DNA from: Candidatus Bathyarchaeota archaeon
GTDB taxonomy: Archaea; Thermoproteota; Bathyarchaeia; 40CM-2-53-6; CAVXDP01
NCBI GenBank assembly: GCA_963760485.1
Contig: CAVXDP010000011.1
Span: forward strand, 574 to 64,573
Length of the DNA stretch: 64,000 nt
Direction of reading: 5' to 3'
Position numbers and translations under genes: made by a program. The notes below the pieces were generated by a model. That model saw only the letters and a program-made list of their open reading frames with translations. It had not been told where the DNA came from and made no database searches. Numbering within the stretch: the first letter of the stretch is position 1; every line of letters begins with the position of its first letter. Below are positions 61,798 to 64,000 of the stretch, in pieces.

Positions 61798-62946
61798 TCA
61801 TCTCATCAAACCTGTGAAATCATAAAGCGAAACGAAACATAGGACGGTTATGAGCAGAATAACCAAGTACAGAGCCTTTCGTGACTTGGATAATGGTGAG
61901 ACATCATCGAGTGGCTCTGCTCCAGCCATCCCGCGCCTCCTACTGAACATCCAGAAGAGTATGAAGAGGCCGAAAAACCAGTAACCTGTTGCAAAGAGGA
62001 CAAGTATTCCTATTGCCGATGCGATCTTATGACCTCTGGCTCCAAATACTGCGCGAGATATGTGGCCACCGTCCAGTTCCCAAACCGGTAGTATGTTGAG
62101 GAATGTAAGAAGGGCTCCTACCCATGCCGCAAGCTCGATCTGAGTTAATATCAGAGAGTATCCTTCCAAAGTGGGACGTACCAATGGTTGAATTAAATCA
62201 AAGAGAAAGGGGTACATAGGCCACGAAGCTTGTTGGACAAGCCCTTGGGTCTCCCACGCCATGGCTTGTTGCAGCGTGACTTGGAAAGCGAGTCGGAAAC
62301 TGAGCAGCGATATTACCAGAGTGGCGATGAATCCAGAAAATGGCCCTGAAAATCCCAAGTCGAAGAGCTCATTTCTGTTTTTTGGTGCACTTCTAAGAGA
62401 TACAACCGCTCCAAATGTTCCAAAGGGTGGCGGGCCGGGAATGAAGTATGGCAACGTGAAGTCTAGGTTGTATCTTCTGCATGCTAACAGATGCCCCGAT
62501 TCATGCAGACCTATTATGCCGAAAAGGCAGATAGCAAATAGTCCAGCCTGAATGTATGGGTTTGCATCTTTCAGAAGAACTTCTCGCAGAATTGGGGTAT
62601 TCATGAACCCGAAGTATCCCGAAATAAAGATGGTACCAAGAGTAGCGATCAAGAGAACAAGGTTCACATCCGATCGACTCGGTTTCATTCGCGATTTCGG
62701 AAAAACCCTGATGAGAAGGCGTTGTCCATCACGCCTAAGAAATGCAACCAAGTTCATCTTGGAAAAATCTTCCACGACCGCCTTGAACTTGTTCTCTGTC
62801 TCCCCAGGAGCTATTACAAACGATGGAGTACCGTTTTGATCTATGAAAGCGTCAAGGATTGTGAACCTCGCTGCAATCACGTTTCTCAGGTCTACGAAAG
62901 CCGGGCCATAGCTCGGTGGAGGGAAGTACGGTGGAATACCACTCAT
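61798..62946 (-). CDS. site-2 protease family zinc metalloprotease (peptidase M50)
   Basis: Polytopic membrane protein with HESGHLLACRRYN (HExxH within a TM helix). Confidence 0.7.
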   Translation of the reverse strand: MSGIPPYFPPPSYGPAFVDLRNVIAARFTILDAFIDQNGTPSFVIAPGETENKFKAVVEDFSKMNLVAFLRRDGQRLLIRVFPKSRMKPSRSDVNLVLLIATLGTIFISGYFGFMNTPILREVLLKDANPYIQAGLFAICLFGIIGLHESGHLLACRRYNLDFTLPYFIPGPPPFGTFGAVVSLRSAPKNRNELFDLGFSGPFSGFIATLVISLLSFRLAFQVTLQQAMAWETQGLVQQASWPMYPFLFDLIQPLVRPTLEGYSLILTQIELAAWVGALLTFLNILPVWELDGGHISRAVFGARGHKIASAIGILVLFATGYWFFGLFILFWMFSRRRGMAGAEPLDDVSPLSKSRKALYLVILLITVLCFVSLYDFTGLMR

Positions 62947-63089
62947 TCATCTTGTCCTCTAGATGAAGCCTAATCGCATGATGTGTCTGCTAAAAACCTT
63001 CCGCGATTCCAATCAAGGCCTCATGATCGAGCTGATCATGAGACAACGTATTATACTGCATCTGGAGAGAGATTCAGTCTTGATCGAAT

Positions 63090-63578
63090 ATGGTGACGAT
63101 TGGAAAGTTCGAACTCAGGAGATTTACACCTGACGACCTTCCAGCCGTCATAGAGATTAACAGAACTTGTCTGCCTGAGAATTACAATTCATACTTCTTC
63201 TTGGAGGTTCATCAGAGCTGTCCCGAGGCATTTCTAGTAGCTGCCAGCGGAGGCAGAGTTGTCGGCTATATGATGTGTCGCATTGAACATGGATTCTCTG
63301 AAATGAGCCGGCTGAAGATGGTAAAGAAGGCTCATTTGGTCTCGTTAGCTGTCGTACCCGAATATCGCAGAATGGGCGTCGCTCGTGCTCTAATGAGTGG
63401 AGCAATCGACGCGGTCACAAAGCGTGGTGCAAAGGAATTCTATTTGGAGGTTAGAGTTACGAACGATCCTGGGATAGAGTTGTACAAGCAACTCGGTTTT
63501 GGTATATACCGACGAATTGCATACTATTATCATGATGGTGCCGAAGCCTACGTCATGTCCAGGAAGTTAACCGAATAA
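63090..63578 (+). CDS. rimI: GNAT N-alpha-acetyltransferase (RimI/Ard1-like)
   Basis: 162-aa protein. The acetyl-CoA motif RRMGVARALM…GAKEFYLEVRVTNDPGIELYKQLGF is present. Confidence 0.7.
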   Translation: MVTIGKFELRRFTPDDLPAVIEINRTCLPENYNSYFFLEVHQSCPEAFLVAASGGRVVGYMMCRIEHGFSEMSRLKMVKKAHLVSLAVVPEYRRMGVARALMSGAIDAVTKRGAKEFYLEVRVTNDPGIELYKQLGFGIYRRIAYYYHDGAEAYVMSRKLTE

Positions 63579-63595
63579 TACAGTTTGAGGGTTAT

Positions 63596-63829
63596 CTACA
63601 AGCTGGGTCCGGTGGAACGTTCGCCTGCTTTGATGAGGTGCAAAGACACCGCAATCAGGACTATTGTTGGGATGTAGACTAGCGCTATTTCGAATTCCAA
63701 TGTGAACAGGACGATAGAACCTATCCTGCATATGAGCACAATCAATGAGACAACTAGCATTATGCTTGTGGCATACAGCCATGACCTATTATCATCCTGC
63801 AATAGCAACCATCCGGCCTTCAGACGCAA
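63596..63829 (-). CDS. small membrane protein, hypothetical
   Basis: 77-aa hydrophobic ORF. Confidence 0.2.
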   Translation of the reverse strand: MRLKAGWLLLQDDNRSWLYATSIMLVVSLIVLICRIGSIVLFTLEFEIALVYIPTIVLIAVSLHLIKAGERSTGPSL

Positions 63830-64000
63830 AAGGACACTACTAACCCGTCTGAGTTAGAACCCTCAAAGGTATGTTCTGAAAGGCTCCATCAGGAAGCGCC
63901 CTTCTTATGCTCATGGGAAGGACATTCTGCTCGAGCTCAAGAAGTGCTATGTCTATTGGCGATCCAATTTCTGCAGAGTCTACTAGAACCGGCGCTCCCA

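Overview
This window reads as an archaeal chromosomal segment from a methanogen-like or Methanomicrobia-like organism. The lineage uses H4MPT and F420, judging by the genes present. No rRNA, tRNA or CRISPR array is recognisable.

The core (about 15.7-39.7 kb) is a dense island for one-carbon carrier chemistry:
- the formylmethanofuran dehydrogenase operon fwdD-fwdB-fwdA-fwdC, followed by mch and an Ldh2-family 2-hydroxyacid dehydrogenase, all on the minus strand;
- ftr;
- an H4MPT-biosynthesis cluster: MJ0107-like DHPS paralog, mptD, mptE, mptG, a CitG-like protein, DUF447, a CofE paralog, and a DUF1464/ASKHA 'H4MPT-linked C1 transfer' protein;
- cofE next to a RimK-type ATP-grasp ligase.

No mcr or mtr genes are visible in the window.

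Inside that island is the feature I find most interesting. Two paralogous uncharacterised proteins, each with a Pol-beta-type nucleotidyltransferase motif, flank an iron-sulfur-flavoprotein-like gene and a DUF447 gene. A stand-alone flavin-reductase-domain protein nearby is a candidate DmrB-like dihydromethanopterin reductase.

The flanks carry housekeeping genes: hppA, eno, glyS, endA, rpoP, an eIF2B-like gene, tatA, DNA ligase, archaeal-type thyA, egsA, aor with its ferredoxin, an acyl-CoA synthetase, rhomboid and S2P proteases, rimI, and an ABC transporter.

The 5' end (about 2.3-10.4 kb) looks accessory. It contains a multi-PAS sensor histidine kinase with at least five reading-frame lesions, bracketed by a 39-bp direct repeat. 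It also contains a 108-nt pure-purine tract and a run of small RHH-like and AbrB-like genes.

About a dozen otherwise conserved genes carry single-base frameshifts, including eno, hppA, lig, mptE, the MJ0107-like gene and a GNAT. This looks like either sequencing or assembly indels, or genuine gene decay. The nitroreductase and histidine-kinase loci carry multiple lesions and look like true pseudogenes.
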